A stretch of 64,000 nucleotides of DNA. Source: an uncultured Gammaproteobacteria bacterium. GTDB lineage: Bacteria > Patescibacteriota > Microgenomatia > Levybacterales > GWA1-39-11. The notes beneath the pieces were generated by a model that worked only from the letters and a program-made list of their open reading frames with translations, did no database searches and was not told the origin of the DNA. Location of the stretch: assembly GCA_964409875.1 (NCBI GenBank), contig CAYPEN010000001.1, forward strand, positions 292,275 to 356,274, written 5' to 3'. A program made the position numbers and the translations under genes. Of the stretch, positions 46,101 to 61,100 are shown piece after piece. Each line of letters opens with the position of its first letter. The stretch's first letter is position 1.

Positions 46101-49100
46101 CGATTACCTCTGCAGGTCTTCTCACCGCTTCCAATGGTCTGACTGTTACGACGGGTGCTGTTAACATCACCGGTACATCAGGTGCGTTAAATTTATCCGG
46201 CCTTGGAGCATCACTCATTGATGCTGGAACCAACAATTTGCTTGTTACTTCTGGAGCATTTACGGTTGATGCAACAGGCATTAATACTACGGCAATTGGT
46301 GTTACAACCCCAAAGCAAGCAACATTTACAACCCTTTCCTCGCTTAGCGACACAAGTATTGCAACGGGAGCAGGCGCAATACTTAATGCCGGAAACACAA
46401 CGGGTGCCGTCACAATCAATGGCTCAAATGTAACAATTAATGCTAACGGAACCGGTAATGGGATTGCGTTTGGTTTGCCTGTAGACTCGCCAAATGCATT
46501 TAGTGTTTCAGAATCGACCAACGGATACATCAACGTTGACACATCAACGGGGGCAGAAAACGTTTCATTTGGAAACACCAACACAAATCCAACATTTCAA
46601 TTCCAGGGGACTGGAGCAACAACGTTTGGCGGGGACGTTGCGGTGAACGGCGGGGTTCTTTCAACAACTGCAGTATCCGCCTCACTCTTCAATACCAATG
46701 CAACTACCCTTAATATAGGAGGTGCTGCAACAACGGTAACGCTTGGAGCCAACACCGGAACAACAACCGTCAACAACGCGCTTGCCGTTACGGATTCTGT
46801 AACCGTTACGCCGAACAATGCTACAGGAATTGCGCTTAATCCTTTCGGGGTTGCTGCCGGAAATACTGCTGAAGCGCAATTTTATGAGCTTGCAGCCAAT
46901 GGGAGCGAATACACAGGATTTAAGGCTCCTGATTCCTTAGCGGCAACGGTTGTTTATACCCTCCCTTCTGCCGCTGCAGGAGCCGCCGATTATGTTTTGA
47001 CATATCAAAATGGTGGGTTGCTTGAATGGAAGAGCGCAAATCTTCTCGCGGGCGACATCACAGCTGTTGGTGATGTTTTGACAGGTGACGCATTTACAGG
47101 AACAGATGCAGGAAACAATTTATATTTCCAAGGTGCAACTGTTGACTCGTTCTCAATTGATCTTCAAGGAGCTGATGCAACGCAAAATGAAACAATAGTT
47201 TTACCTGCGAATTCCGGTACGGTAACTCTCTTACAGCCCCGCTTTGCACAGACTGCTACCGGAACTCAGCCACTGTTGTTCTTGAACGAAGCGGGGGCTT
47301 CAACGCCAAACCTCATCCAGTTGCAGGTTGCTTCAAATGATGTGTTTACTGTTGATAACAGCGGGAATGTTGCAATAGCCGGTGCAACAGTTTCATCAAC
47401 AGGTAGTACCGTTAACCTGTTTAATACTGTCACTTCAACGCTTAATATTGGTGGCGCTGCGACAACAGTTTCCTTGGGAGCAGGAACTGGCACGACAACC
47501 GTTAATAACGCGCTGACATCTACTGGACTTATTACCGCTAATGGAGGACTGACAGTTGCAAACGGACAAACCCTTACTGTTGATGGAATTGCAAATATCG
47601 GGGACGGTGGAGATGCAGTTGCCCTCAACGGGACAACCATTACGCTCACTGCAAATGGTGCAGGTAACGATATAACTGCAAACCTGGTAGATAACAATAC
47701 CGATGCTTTAGACATCCAACAGGGTACGAACAATTATCTAAATATTGATACTACAGACGGGTCTGAAAACATAACATTTGGAAATGCTACGACCAATCCG
47801 ACATTTACTTTCTTGGGAACGGGGCTTACTACTCATGGTGGGAGTATCGCGGTCAATGGAGGTGATATCACAACAACAGCCGGAACAGCCAATATCTTCA
47901 ATGCGAATGCAACAACTGTCAATATCGCAGGAGCCGCTACAGCGCTCTCATTAGGTGCTTCAACTGGGACAACCAGCATCAATAATAACGCAGTTGTTAC
48001 CGGCGACCTTGCTGTAAATGGGGCGTCCAGTGCAGATATCACTTCAACCACCGCAACAGCGACAGTGTTCAATTCAGGAGTTACGAATTTATCTATCGGG
48101 AATGCAGCTACTACCCTCTCTATAGGAGCCTCGTCAGGAACAACAACCGTTAATAACGCGCTGACTATAACCGGTGCAACAACGGCTAATGGGACATTTA
48201 CGGCAAACAACCAGGTGACGCTTCAACCATCGGGAACGAATGGAGTTACCATTGTTACTGATGGTAATTCATTCCTCACCATTCCGGGTCTTACCACTCC
48301 TGTTGCTTCAAATTCTACCCTTTGTATTGACGCATCAGACAATGTTGTTAAATGTCCTCCGTCTGCTTCAACGTTGCAGTCAGCATATAACGGAGGCAAT
48401 ACTATCTTTACCAGTGATGGACGTGATGTTGCCTTTACTCTTACAGACACGACCACCGACAGCAAATTCACTATTCACACCGCAACCGGTTCTACAGCGG
48501 GGACAGAGTTTGTACGTGAAGATGGTGCTGGTACAGCAGATCCAACACAGCTTGTCTTAATTGATAACGCAGATATCGATAGAATTCTGCCTATTGGTAT
48601 TAAAATAACCTCTTCCGGAACGAGCGGGGTCACTACAGCGCTTGATGTTTCCGACCCGACAATAGTAACGGCAATTGCGCTCGGTGCAAATGATGTAACC
48701 GGAACCAATTTCTCAGTAACTGGCTCGAACGGGAATATAACGTCCGCTGGAGACATTGCTGTTAATGGTGGAGATGTGACAACTACCAATGCGACTGCTA
48801 CCCTCTTCAACTCAAATGCAACCAGCCTCTCAATAGGCGGCGCCGCAACGACATTAACCTTAGGAGCGAATAATGCAGGAACCGCAACAATAGCAAACGC
48901 TACCGTTACGCTGTCAAATGCTACAGCATTCAACGCTCTTGCGGCTCTTGCAAAAGTAGATAGTCTTGAAGTAGGCGGAGCATACGGCTCAACCGGGGTG
49001 ACGATTTCAAATGCAGGAGATGTCCAGGCAAATGGAGCACTTACTATTGATGGAACATCGACTCTAACGGGGGACATTACCTCATCAGGGGATCTTGCCT

Positions 49101-52100
49101 TGAACGGTTCAGACATCACTACAACATCGAATGGTACTGCAACACTATTCAACACCAATGCAACGACTTTGAATATCGGCGGTGCTGCAACTACCATCTC
49201 TCTTGGGGCAGGGAGCGGCACAACAACGGTGAATAATTCCTTGTCGGTAGTAAATGACCTTACGACAACCGGAAATGTCACATTTACTCCTACTGCGGCA
49301 AGTAATGAATCAATAACCTTTAACACCTCATCAACCGAGAAACTTTTTGTCACGGGTCTTCCGACAGCAACAGGAACTTTGGTTTGTATTGATGGCGTTA
49401 CCTCTCAAATTACAAAGTGTGCGGCCGATGCTATCTCACTTCAGAGTGCCTACAATGGAGGAAATACTATTGCAACATCTAACGCAAGGGATATTGCCTT
49501 CACCCTCTCGGATACGGCTACTGACAGCAATTTCACGGTTACAACTGCGGATGGTTCGACTAGCTACTCTGCCTTTACACGCGCAAACGGAACAGGCACC
49601 TCAGACCCAACGCAGCTTATATTAGTTAATAACTTAGATACGAATCGTCCTGTTCCGACCGGCATTAAGATCTCTTCAACCGGAGGAGGAGGAATAACAA
49701 CAGGTCTTGACGTTTCAGATGCAACCATTACTACAGGGATTGCTCTAGGGGCCTCAAGTATTTCAGGAACTAATTTCTCAGTTGCAGGAGGTACGGGAAA
49801 TATAACCTCCGCAGGAGATATTGCGGTAAATGGCGCCGACATTACCACCACTTCAACAGGAACCGCAACAGTGTTCAACACCAACGCTACGACTCTTAAC
49901 ATTGGCGGTGCTGCAACTGCTTATACCCTAGGTGCAACGACTGCTACCGGCAACATTAGAGGCACAACCATTAACTTCCCTAACGCTACAGCTTTTGACG
50001 CGTTGTCAGCATTGGCTCGCTTTGATTCTATTCAGGCAGGTGGCGGATATGGTTCAACAGGGGTAACAATTTCCAACACTGGCAACATTCAGGCAAACGG
50101 GACATTGACAGTTGATAGCACGTCTACGCTTACAGGCGCAGTTACCGCTTCAAACGGAATAACAGTTTCAGGTGTTGCATCAGCAGACCTTATCTCATCA
50201 AAGACAACTGCCAATCTATTTAACACAACCGCAACGACGCTTAACATCGGCGGCGCAGCCACAACTATCTCATTGGGAGCAGCTTTGGGTACAACAACCG
50301 CTAATGGCAGCTTAAGTGTTGTTGATGACTTAACGACTACCGGAAATGTAACATTCACACCAACTGCGTCAAGCAACGAGTCAATAACGTTTAACACCTC
50401 ATCAACGGAAAAGTTTTTCGTCACAGGACTCCCAACTGCTACAGGTACGCTTGTTTGCGTAAATGATTCCGATGGTCAAATCACCAAATGTGCCTCCGAT
50501 GCTATCTCTCTTCAATCAGCTTATGTAGGAGGAAATACCATAACAACGTCCAATGCAAGGGATATCGCCTTCACCCTCTCAGATACAGCAACCGACAGCA
50601 ATTTCACCGTAACAACCGCAGATGGTTCAACAAGCTACAGTGCATTTACAAGAGCCAACGGAACCGGTACGGCGGACCCAGCACAGCTTGTCCTTATAGA
50701 CAACGCAGACACTGATAGAATTTTGCCGATTGGACTTAAGATTTCATCATCAGGCGGTGGAGGAATCACAACCGCTCTCGACCTATCAGACGCCTCAATT
50801 GTGACGGCAATTGCGCTTGGTGCAAATGATATAACCGGCACTAACTTCTCGGTAAACGGTACAAATGGAAATATAACCTCCGCAGGAGACATTGCGGTAA
50901 ATGGTTCGGACATTACAACAACTTCCAATGCAGCCGCATCAGTATTTAATACCAATGCATTAACCCTTAACATCGGTGGTGCGGCAACAACCTATACCCT
51001 GGGTGCAACTACTGCTACCGGTAACATTCGGGGTACAACCATAAACTTCCCTAACGCGACAACCATCAACGCCGGTAGCGCAGCGTTAACCATCGATAAC
51101 GCTATAATCGGTGGTGGCTATGGCTCAACGGGCGTGACCATCTCCAATGCGGGAGATATTCAGGGGAATGGCAATCTTACCATTGATGGTACCTCTACCC
51201 TAACAGGCAACATCACCTCATCAGGTGATCTTGCGCTCAACGGTGGAGACCTAACGACAACCGCTGCAACTGCTACGCTTTTTAACACTAATGCAACAAA
51301 CCTTTCTATTGGAGGTGCGGCAACAACCGTTTCATTGGGAGCATCAGGCGGAACCACAACGATTAATGGGTCGTTAACGGTTAACGAGAACCTTACGTCA
51401 ACAGGAAACGTTACATTTACACCGCCTGCTTCAAGTGGCAACTCAATTACCCTCAATACCTCATCTACCGAAAACCTCTTCATTACCGGCCTTCCGACGG
51501 CTACCGGTACGCTTGTCTGCGTTGATAATTCAACTGGCCAAATTACCAAATGCGCACCGGATGCAATTTCGTTGCAAAGTGCGTACAACGGAGGAAATAC
51601 GATTCAGACCTCAGATAACAGAAACATCGCATTTACCCTCACGGATACGGCGACCGATAGCAAGTTCACAGTTGGTGTTGCTGCCGGCTCAACTGGAGAC
51701 ATCGAATTTACAAGAAACGCAGGTTCAGGCACTGCAGACCCAACGCAATTGGTTCTTATCAAAAACAACCAAACCCGCGCGCTTCCGATAGGACTTAAGA
51801 TTGCAGGAGTAGCAAGTGGGGCAATAACTACTGCCCTTGATTTGTCTGATAGCAACATTACGACTGCAATAGCCCTTGGTGCAAACAGCATCTCAGGCAC
51901 ACACTTTACCCTAACGGGGTCAAACGGCAATATTGCAACTGACGGGAATATTGCTGTAAATGGAGGAAACATAACAACTACCACGTCAAGCGTTTCGATT
52001 TTTGATACGAATGCAACGACTCTTACTTTGGGTAATGCTGCAACCTCTCTTACCATAGGCGCTACAACAGGTACGGCAACTATTCGAAATCAAACCATCT

Positions 52101-55100
52101 CATTCCCCAACGCTACAGCACTTGATGCTTTATCTGCCCTAACCCGTGTTGATAGTCTTCAGGTTGGAGGCGCGTATGGTTCAACGGGAGTGACCATCTC
52201 AAATATAGGGGATATCCAGGCAAATGGTGCCCTCACCATTGATGGAACCTCGACTCTTACAGGGAATGTCACAGTGGGAGGAGACGTTGCAGTTAACGGC
52301 GGCGACCTTACCACAACGCAACTTTCAGCTACTTTATTTAATACCAACGCTACAACTCTTAATATAGGGGGTGCCGCAACTACAGTTTCCTTAGGGGCCG
52401 GAACCGGAACGACAACCGTTAACAACGCACTTACGGTAAGCGGTGCAACAACCGCCAACGCAGGATTTACTGCAAACGGCGCTTCAACATTCACCCCGGG
52501 CGTCGGCAACAGCGTAACTATCAACACTGATTCTACAAACACGTCGTACCTCACCGTTACGGGTCTTGGTACGGCAGCGGGAACGGTTGTTTGTATCGAC
52601 GGAAGCAACAATATCGTCAAATGTAATGCGGCAACAACATCCCTTCAGGCGGCATACAACAGCGGGAATACTATTCTGACTTCAAATGCCCGGGATATCG
52701 CGTTCACTCTAACTAACACTGCATCCGATTCAAATTTTGTCGTAACAACTGCTACTGACTCTACCGGTGGGACTCAATTCATAAGAGCTGATGGTGCGGG
52801 GACTAATGATCCAAACCAATTGGTGCTTATTGATAACGCAGATGCTGACAGGATTCTCCCAACTGCTCTTAAGATTACCTCATCCGGTGGAAGCGGAGTC
52901 ACAACCGCACTTGACGTATCAGACGCCTCAATTGTGACGGCAATTGCGCTTGGTGCAAATGATATAACCGGCACTAACTTCTCGGTAAACGGTACAAATG
53001 GAAATATAACCTCCGCAGGAGACATTGCGGTAAATGGTTCGGACATTACCACCACCTCAACCGGAACTGCAACGGTCTTCAACTCAAATGCGCTTACGCT
53101 TAACATTGGTGGAGCTGCTACTTCATATACAATTGGCGCAACGACTGCTACCGGTAACATAAGAGGTACAACCATTAACTTGCCTAATGCAACAACGTTT
53201 GCAGCAAGCTTAGCCGCAGCATCGTTTGATAGTCTCACAATTGGCGGTGGGTATGGTTCAACGGGCGTAACCGTTTCAAATGCAGGTGACATCCAGGCCA
53301 ATGGTAACCTCACCATTGACGGAACCTCTACCCTAACAGGTAATATCACCTCCTCAGGCGACCTTGCACTTAACGGAGGAGACCTAACAACGACCGCATC
53401 AACTGCTACTCTCTTCAACGCAAACGCGACAACGATACGACTTGGAGAGGGGGCCACAGCGATTTCCGTTGGCGGCCCTAATAGTACGGTAAGTCTTCAC
53501 AATGACCTCCGAGTAAATGGTGTTGCTACGTTTGACGGTGGTGCAACTGTCTCAGCTAACCGAAGTTTCACTGCGAACGGCCCTGTTACCGTTAACCAAA
53601 ACAACGGCAGTGATATCGTCTTTAATCTCGATTACACTGCCGGTTCTTACCTTACCCTTGCCGGGCTTGAGACTCCAGGGGTTGCGGGAGCGGCACTCTG
53701 TCTTGACGGCTCAAATCAAGTTACCAAATGCGGTGGCGCGACATTTTCTTTACAGTCTGCTTATAACGGTGGTAATACCATTAATACATCAGACAACAGA
53801 GACATTGCCTTTACGCTCTCTGACACCTCAACAGACAGTAATTTTACCGTCACAACGGCTGCTGATTCTACCGGCTACTCTGCATTCACAAGAGCAAACG
53901 GCGGAAGTGGAACGAACCCTTCGCAGTTGGTTCTCATTCAAAACCTTGATACATCAAATGCCCTTCCAATTGGCCTTAAAATTGCAGGAGTATCGGGGGG
54001 AAATGTTACAACCGCCCTTGATTTGTCCGACGCTAACATTACGACTGCAATTGCCCTTGGTGTTAACAACGTTTCCGGGACACACCTTACAATTACAGGT
54101 AGCACTGGAGACATAACAACCGACGGAGACATTGCTGTTAATGGTGGGGACATAACAACAACTTCAGGTACCGCAACATTGTTTAACACTGGTGCTACCA
54201 ACCTTTCAGTTGGTGGTGCGGCAACAACATTGACACTCGGTGCCACCACTGGGACAGCTTCTATTAGGAATACAACAGTTTCGCTTCCCAACGCAACTGC
54301 CTTTGATGCATTGTCTGCCTTGGCTCGAGTTGACTCTTTGCAGGTGGGAGGCGGATATGGTTCAACCGGAGTTACAATCTCCAACACCGGCAACATCCAG
54401 GCAAATGGCACTTTGACCATTGATGGAACATCAACGCTTACAGGTAATGTAACAGCAGCCGCAAATGTTGCGGTAAATGGAGGAAGCCTTACAACAACCG
54501 CGGCAACAGGAAATCTTTTCAATGCAAATGCTACTACGGTCAATATCGCAGGTGGCGCTTCTGCTGTTAATATCGGGGGCACTGGTACCACTACTATCAA
54601 TAACAATCTGGCCGTTACAGGAACATCAACTTTCACAGGCACTGCTACTGCAAATGGTGATTTTGTAGCAAACGCCAACTCAACATTTTCACCGACAGGC
54701 ACCGATACCGTTACCATCAACACAACGGGAACGGCACTTCTCAAAATTACCGGACTTCAGACTGCTGCAGGCGACCTTTTGTGTATCGACAGCGGAACAA
54801 ATCAAGTAGAAAAATGTGCCGCTACCTCTATCTCACTGCAGGGAGCATATAACGGAGGCAACACAATAAACACTTCAAATAATAGAGATATTGCATTCAC
54901 ATTGTCAGATACTGCAACTGACAGTAACTTCACTGTCACTACCGCAACAGGCTCAACAGGTTACAGCGCATTTACCAGGCAAGATGGCGTTGGTGCTGCA
55001 GATCCAACACAACTTGTCCTTATCCAAAACCTTGATACTAATAGGGCACTTCCAATTGGTCTTAAAATTGCAGGAGTATCAGGAGGCAATGTTACAACCG

Positions 55101-58100
55101 CTCTTGACCTTTCAGACACATTTATAACAACAGCAATTGCTCTTGGGACAAACAATGTATCGGGGACAAACTTTTCAATAAACGGTTCATCAGGGAACAT
55201 TACGACTTCAGGAGATGTAGCGGTTAACGGTGGTAACCTTACGACAACCCAAGCAACCGCCAACCTATTCAATGCAAATGCGACTACTCTTAACATCGGT
55301 GGGGATGGTACAAATATCACTATTGGGGCTGCTATCGGTACGACTACTATTAATAACGCAACCGTTTCATTTGCAAACGCAACCGCATTCAATGCGCTTT
55401 CTGCTTTAGCAAAAGTTGACTCACTGCAAGTCGGCGGAGGATATGGTTCAACAGGGGTAACTATTTCAAACACTGGAAACATACAAGCAAATGGAACGTT
55501 AACTGTTGACGACACCTCAACGCTAACAGGTGACACAACAGTTGGAGGAACACTTGGCGTAACCGGTGCGACAACATTAAGTTCAACACTTGCAGTAACG
55601 GGAGACACCACTTTGACCGGAGACCTGGCAGTAAACGGAGGAGATCTTACAACCACAGCTGCAACATTTAATCTCCTCAATGCAAATGCCACCACGGTTA
55701 ATTTTGCTGGTGCAGCAACCTCCCTGACCTTAGGTGCCACAACGGGAACAGCATCCATTAGGAATTTGACTGTGTCTCTTCCAAATGCTACTGCATTTGA
55801 CGCATTGTCAGCTCTAGCCAGGGTTGATTCCTTGCAGGTGGGCGGCGGATACGGTTCAACAGGGGTAACTATTTCAAACACCGGCAACATCCAGGCAAAC
55901 GGCACATTAACAGTAGATGGAATTTCGACATTGACGGGAAATGTTACCGCAGCATCAGACGTTGCCGTAAACGGTGGAGACCTTACAACCACAAATGCTT
56001 CAGCTACGTTGTTTAATACTAATGCAACTACCCTTAATATCGGTGGGGCTGCGACAACAGTAACCCTTGGTGCCGGAGGAGGGTTGACTACGCTTAACAA
56101 CAATTTGACCGTGAATCTAACCGATAACAACGCGGATGCATTAGACATTCAAGAAGGGTCAAATAATTACATCAATATTAATACAACGGATAGCTCTGAG
56201 AACATTTCATTCGGGAATGTGACTACCAATCCAACATATTCCTTCCTTGGAAATGGCGCGGCCACCTTTGACGGAAATATCAACGCCAATAGTGGGACAA
56301 TTGCGACCAGTCAGACAACCGGTAACTTATTTAATACCACGGCTACTACCCTTAACATTGGCGGCGCGGCGACTGCTTTGACGCTCGGCGCGTCAACCGG
56401 AACCGCAACCATTAATAACGCTACAGTTGTTGCTCCTAATTCAAAGTTTGGTATCGGTACAGCAACACCTATTTCAGCGCTCTTTGTAACCCGTCCATTG
56501 ACACTTGGCGCGACAGGTAAGGCGCTTACAATCCTAAATCAAATCGAAAATCAGGATATCTTCACCGCATCGTCTTCAGGCACAACACGATTCACTATTG
56601 CAAACAACGGAGATGTGACCGCAAACGGAAATATTACTACGACAGGAAACGTAGCTGTCAATGGAGGAAGTCTCACAACCTCACAGGCGACAGCAAATCT
56701 CTTCAATACGAATGCAACAACCCTTAACATTGGCGGCGCTGCAACAACAGTTTCTCTTGGAGCAGGCACAGGAACTACTACTGTTAACAACAATCTTGCA
56801 ATAACAGGTACAACAACAGCAACCGGCCTTGCAACATTTAACGGTGGAGCAACTATTGCAACCGGCCAGACATTAACTGCAAATGGCGCGTCAACATTTT
56901 CGCCTGATTCTACAAATGACGTGACGTTTAACACCGATGCCGATTCGACAGTGAAATTTAACGGTCTTCAGACGGTTAACGGTAACTCGCTGTGTCTTGA
57001 CGGTTCCAACAATTTGGTCATCTGTAACGGCGCTCCCTTTGGTTTGCAGGCTGCATATAACACCGGTAACACAATCAACACGTCAGACAATAGGGATATT
57101 TCATTCACTTTGTCAGATACTGCAACTGACAGTAACTTCACTGTCACTACCGCAACAGGCTCAACAGGTTACAGCGCATTTACCAGGCAAGATGGCGTTG
57201 GTGCTGCAGACCCAACACAATTGGTTTTGATACAAAACAACGATACCGACCGTGCCCTTCCGATAGGTCTTAAGATCGCCGGGGTAAGTGGAGGCAATGT
57301 CACGACTGCTCTTGATTTGTCTGACACAAATATAACAACCGCAATTGCACTTGGGACAAATAATGTGTCAGGCACCAATTTCTCAATCACTGGATCAACA
57401 GGCGCTATTACAACGTCCGGAAATGTTGCTGTTAACGGCGGAACACTTTCAACAACCAATGCTACCGGCAACTTATTTAATACGGGGGCTACCACCCTCA
57501 ATATCGGCGGCGCTGCTACAACTTACACCTTGGGTGCAACAACAGCTACAGGAAACATAAGAGGCACAACCATCAACTTCCCGAATGCTACAAGTATCTC
57601 CGCAGGAAGTGCCGCTTTGACCATAGATTCATTGTCTGTTGGTGGAGGTTACGGTTCAACAGGCGTTTCAATATCAAATACGGGAGATATTCAGGCCAAC
57701 GGTAACTTGACAGTCGACGGCACTTCAACTTTGACAGGAGACGTTACCGCAGGAGGAGACTTGGCCGTCAATGGCGCAACGAGTGCTGACATTACAACTA
57801 CGACAACAACAGCTACCTTATTTAATACAAACGCAACAACCCTTAATATCGGCGGTGCTGCAACTACAGTTTCACTGGGAGCTGGAAGCGGTACGACAAC
57901 TGTTAATAATGCGTTAACCGCAACCGGATTAATTACCGCAAACGGAGGGGCGACAATTGCCACCGGGCAAACGTTAACAGCGCAAGGTCAGTCAACGTTC
58001 TCTCCGAATTCAACAAACGGAGTCACCATAAATACCGATGCCGATTCATTCCTGACAATTACCGGGCTTAGTACGGCAACAGCCAACACGCTTTGTATCG

Positions 58101-61100
58101 ACGGGTCGAATCATGTTGTAAAATGCTCAGCTTCATCAATCACGTTGCAGTCAGCGTATAACGGCGGTAACACTATTGATACTTCTGATGCAAGGGATAT
58201 TGCATTCAACCTGTCTGATACGGCAACTGACAGCAATTTCACGGTTACAACTGCTAACGGCTCAACGGGCACGTCCATATTTGCGCTGCAAGATGGGGTT
58301 TCAGCAACTGCTCCAGACCAGTTGGTGCTTATCGACAACCAGGACACCGACCTTACGCTTCCAGCGGGTATTAAAGTCACCTCCTCAGGGGGGGGAGCTA
58401 TAACAACAGCGCTTGACCTTTCTGCAAGTGCCATTGTGAATGCGTTATCCCTGGGGGCAAATGACGTTACGGCTACCAATTTCTCATTCACTGGATCAAA
58501 TGGTAACTTCTCAACAAATGGCACTATAACGGCAACCGGGAATGTCAATGCTAATTCGGGAACACTTGCTACAACCAACGCCACTGGAAACCTCTTCAAC
58601 ACCAATGCAACAACCCTTAATATTGGTGGCGCCGCAACAACCTACACATTGGGTGCAACAACGGCAACAGGCAACATAAGGGGTACGAGCATAAACTTCC
58701 CTAATGCGACTGCTCTTGATGCGCTTTCAGCATTGGCAAGAGTTGACTCACTGCAAGTCGGCGGAGGCTATGGTTCGACTGGACTCACCATTTCAAATAC
58801 CGGCAACATTTCTGCCAATGGAACGTTGACCATTGACAGCACATCAACCCTAACAGGGGATGTTACAGCTGCTGCAAATGTTGCTGTCAATGGAGGAACC
58901 CTATCAACCACCAACGCAACTGGAAACCTCTTCAACACCAATGCAACAACTCTTAATATCGGTGGTGCTGCGACAACAGTTTCATTAGGAGCCGGAACCG
59001 GAACAACTACTGTTAACAATGACCTTGCAATAACCGGAACGACGACTTCAACCGGACTTGTTACTGCAAATGGAGGGCTTACCGTTGCAACGGGCCAAAC
59101 CTTGACGGCAAACGGCGCGTCAACCTTCTCTCCTGATTCAACCAATGATGTAACATTTAATACTGACGCAGACTCAACGGTTAAATTCGTTGGCCTTCAA
59201 ACTACCTCCGGCACAGCTCTTTGTCTTGACGGCTCAAGCAATCTTGTTTACTGCACTGGTGCTCCATTTGGTTTGCAGGCGGCATACAACACCGGAAACA
59301 CGATTAACACATCAGACGCCCGTGATATTGCGTTCACTCTTTCAAATACGACAACCGACAGCAACTTCACGGTTACCACCGCTACAGGCTCAACCGGATA
59401 CTCAGCATTTACCCGGGCAAATGGTGCCGGGACAGCTGACCCAACGCAGTTGGTACTCATCCAGAACAACGACACCGACCGCGCTCTTCCGATTGGTCTT
59501 AAAATTGCAGGAGTATCAGGAGGGGTTGTTGCCACCGCAATTGATTTGTCAGATAGCAACATTACGACTGCCCTTTCTCTTGGAGCAGCCGATGTCACCG
59601 CTACAAATTACTCGATAACAGGCGCAACGGGTAACATTACGACAACTGGTGACATTGCAGTAAACGGCGGCGACCTTACGACTACAAATGCTTCTGCTAC
59701 ATTATTTAATACAAATGCCACAACCTTGAATATCGGAGGTGCGGCAACGACTTTGACCCTTGGAGCATCAACAGGAACCGCAACCATTGCAAACGGCACC
59801 GTTACGCTTTCTAATGCCACCGCTTTTGACGCGCTTACCGCACTTGCCAGGGTTGACTCACTTCAGGTTGGTGGCGGATATGGCTCAACGGGCGTGACCA
59901 TCTCAAATGCAGGAGCAATTCAGGCAAACGGAAATCTCACTATTGATGGTACATCACAATTAACCGGCAACGTTACAACCTCTGGAGACCTTGCAGTTAA
60001 CGGTGCCGGAAGTGCTGACATCACGACAACAACCACTACCGCTACTCTCTTCAATGCCAACGCAACAACTCTTAATATCGGCGGCGCTGCTACGAATGTT
60101 ACACTTGGTGCAGGTGGAGGTTTAACAACTCTTAACAATAACCTAACTGTTAATTTAACCGACAACAATACAGATGCGCTGGATATTCAAGAAGGGTCAA
60201 ATAATTACATCAACATTAATACAACGGATAGCTCTGAGAACATTTCGTTCGGAAATGTGACGACCAACCCTACCTACAATTTCCTCGGAACAGGTCTTAC
60301 AACATTAGGTGGTAATTTGGCTGTTAATGGAGGTTCTGTCACAACGACACAAGCAACGGCAAATCTCTTTAACACCAACGCCACGACTTTGAATGTCGGC
60401 GGCGCTGCAACTGTTTTAACTCTAGGTGCTTCGACCGGTACTGCGACAATAAACAATGCAAATGTTTCACTACCCAATGCAAAGCTTGGTGTCGGAACCG
60501 CTGCTCCAATTTCTGCATTATATGTTACCCGCCCACTTTCACTTGCCGTAACAGGAAAGTCTTTGGCTATTTTAGATCAACTTGAAAATCAGGATATATT
60601 CACTGCCTCTGCATCAGGTGTAACCCGCTTTACGATTGCCAATAATGGAGACGTTACGGCAAATGGGAACATAACCGCTTCAGGAAATGTTGCGGTTAAT
60701 GGAGGCACCCTCTCAACAACCCAGACAACGGCAAATCTCTTTAACACCAACGCCACGACTTTGAATATAGGCGGCGCTGCAACAGCACTCAATTTGGGCG
60801 CATCAACAGGAACCGCAACCGTAAATAATCTCACCGTTAACTTTGCAAATGCAACAGCATTCGACGCGTTGTCTGCCTTGGCACGTGTCTCTTCACTTCA
60901 GGTGGGCGGAGGATACGGCTCCACGGGTGTAACAGTATCCTCCGCCGGGGACATTCAAGCAAACGGTGCATTAACAGTTGATGGAGTCTCTACTTTGACG
61001 GGGGATGTAACCGCAGGCGGAGATTTGGCTGTCAATGGTGCAACATCTGCCGACATTACGACAACGACAACTACAGCTACATTATTTAATACCAATGCAA

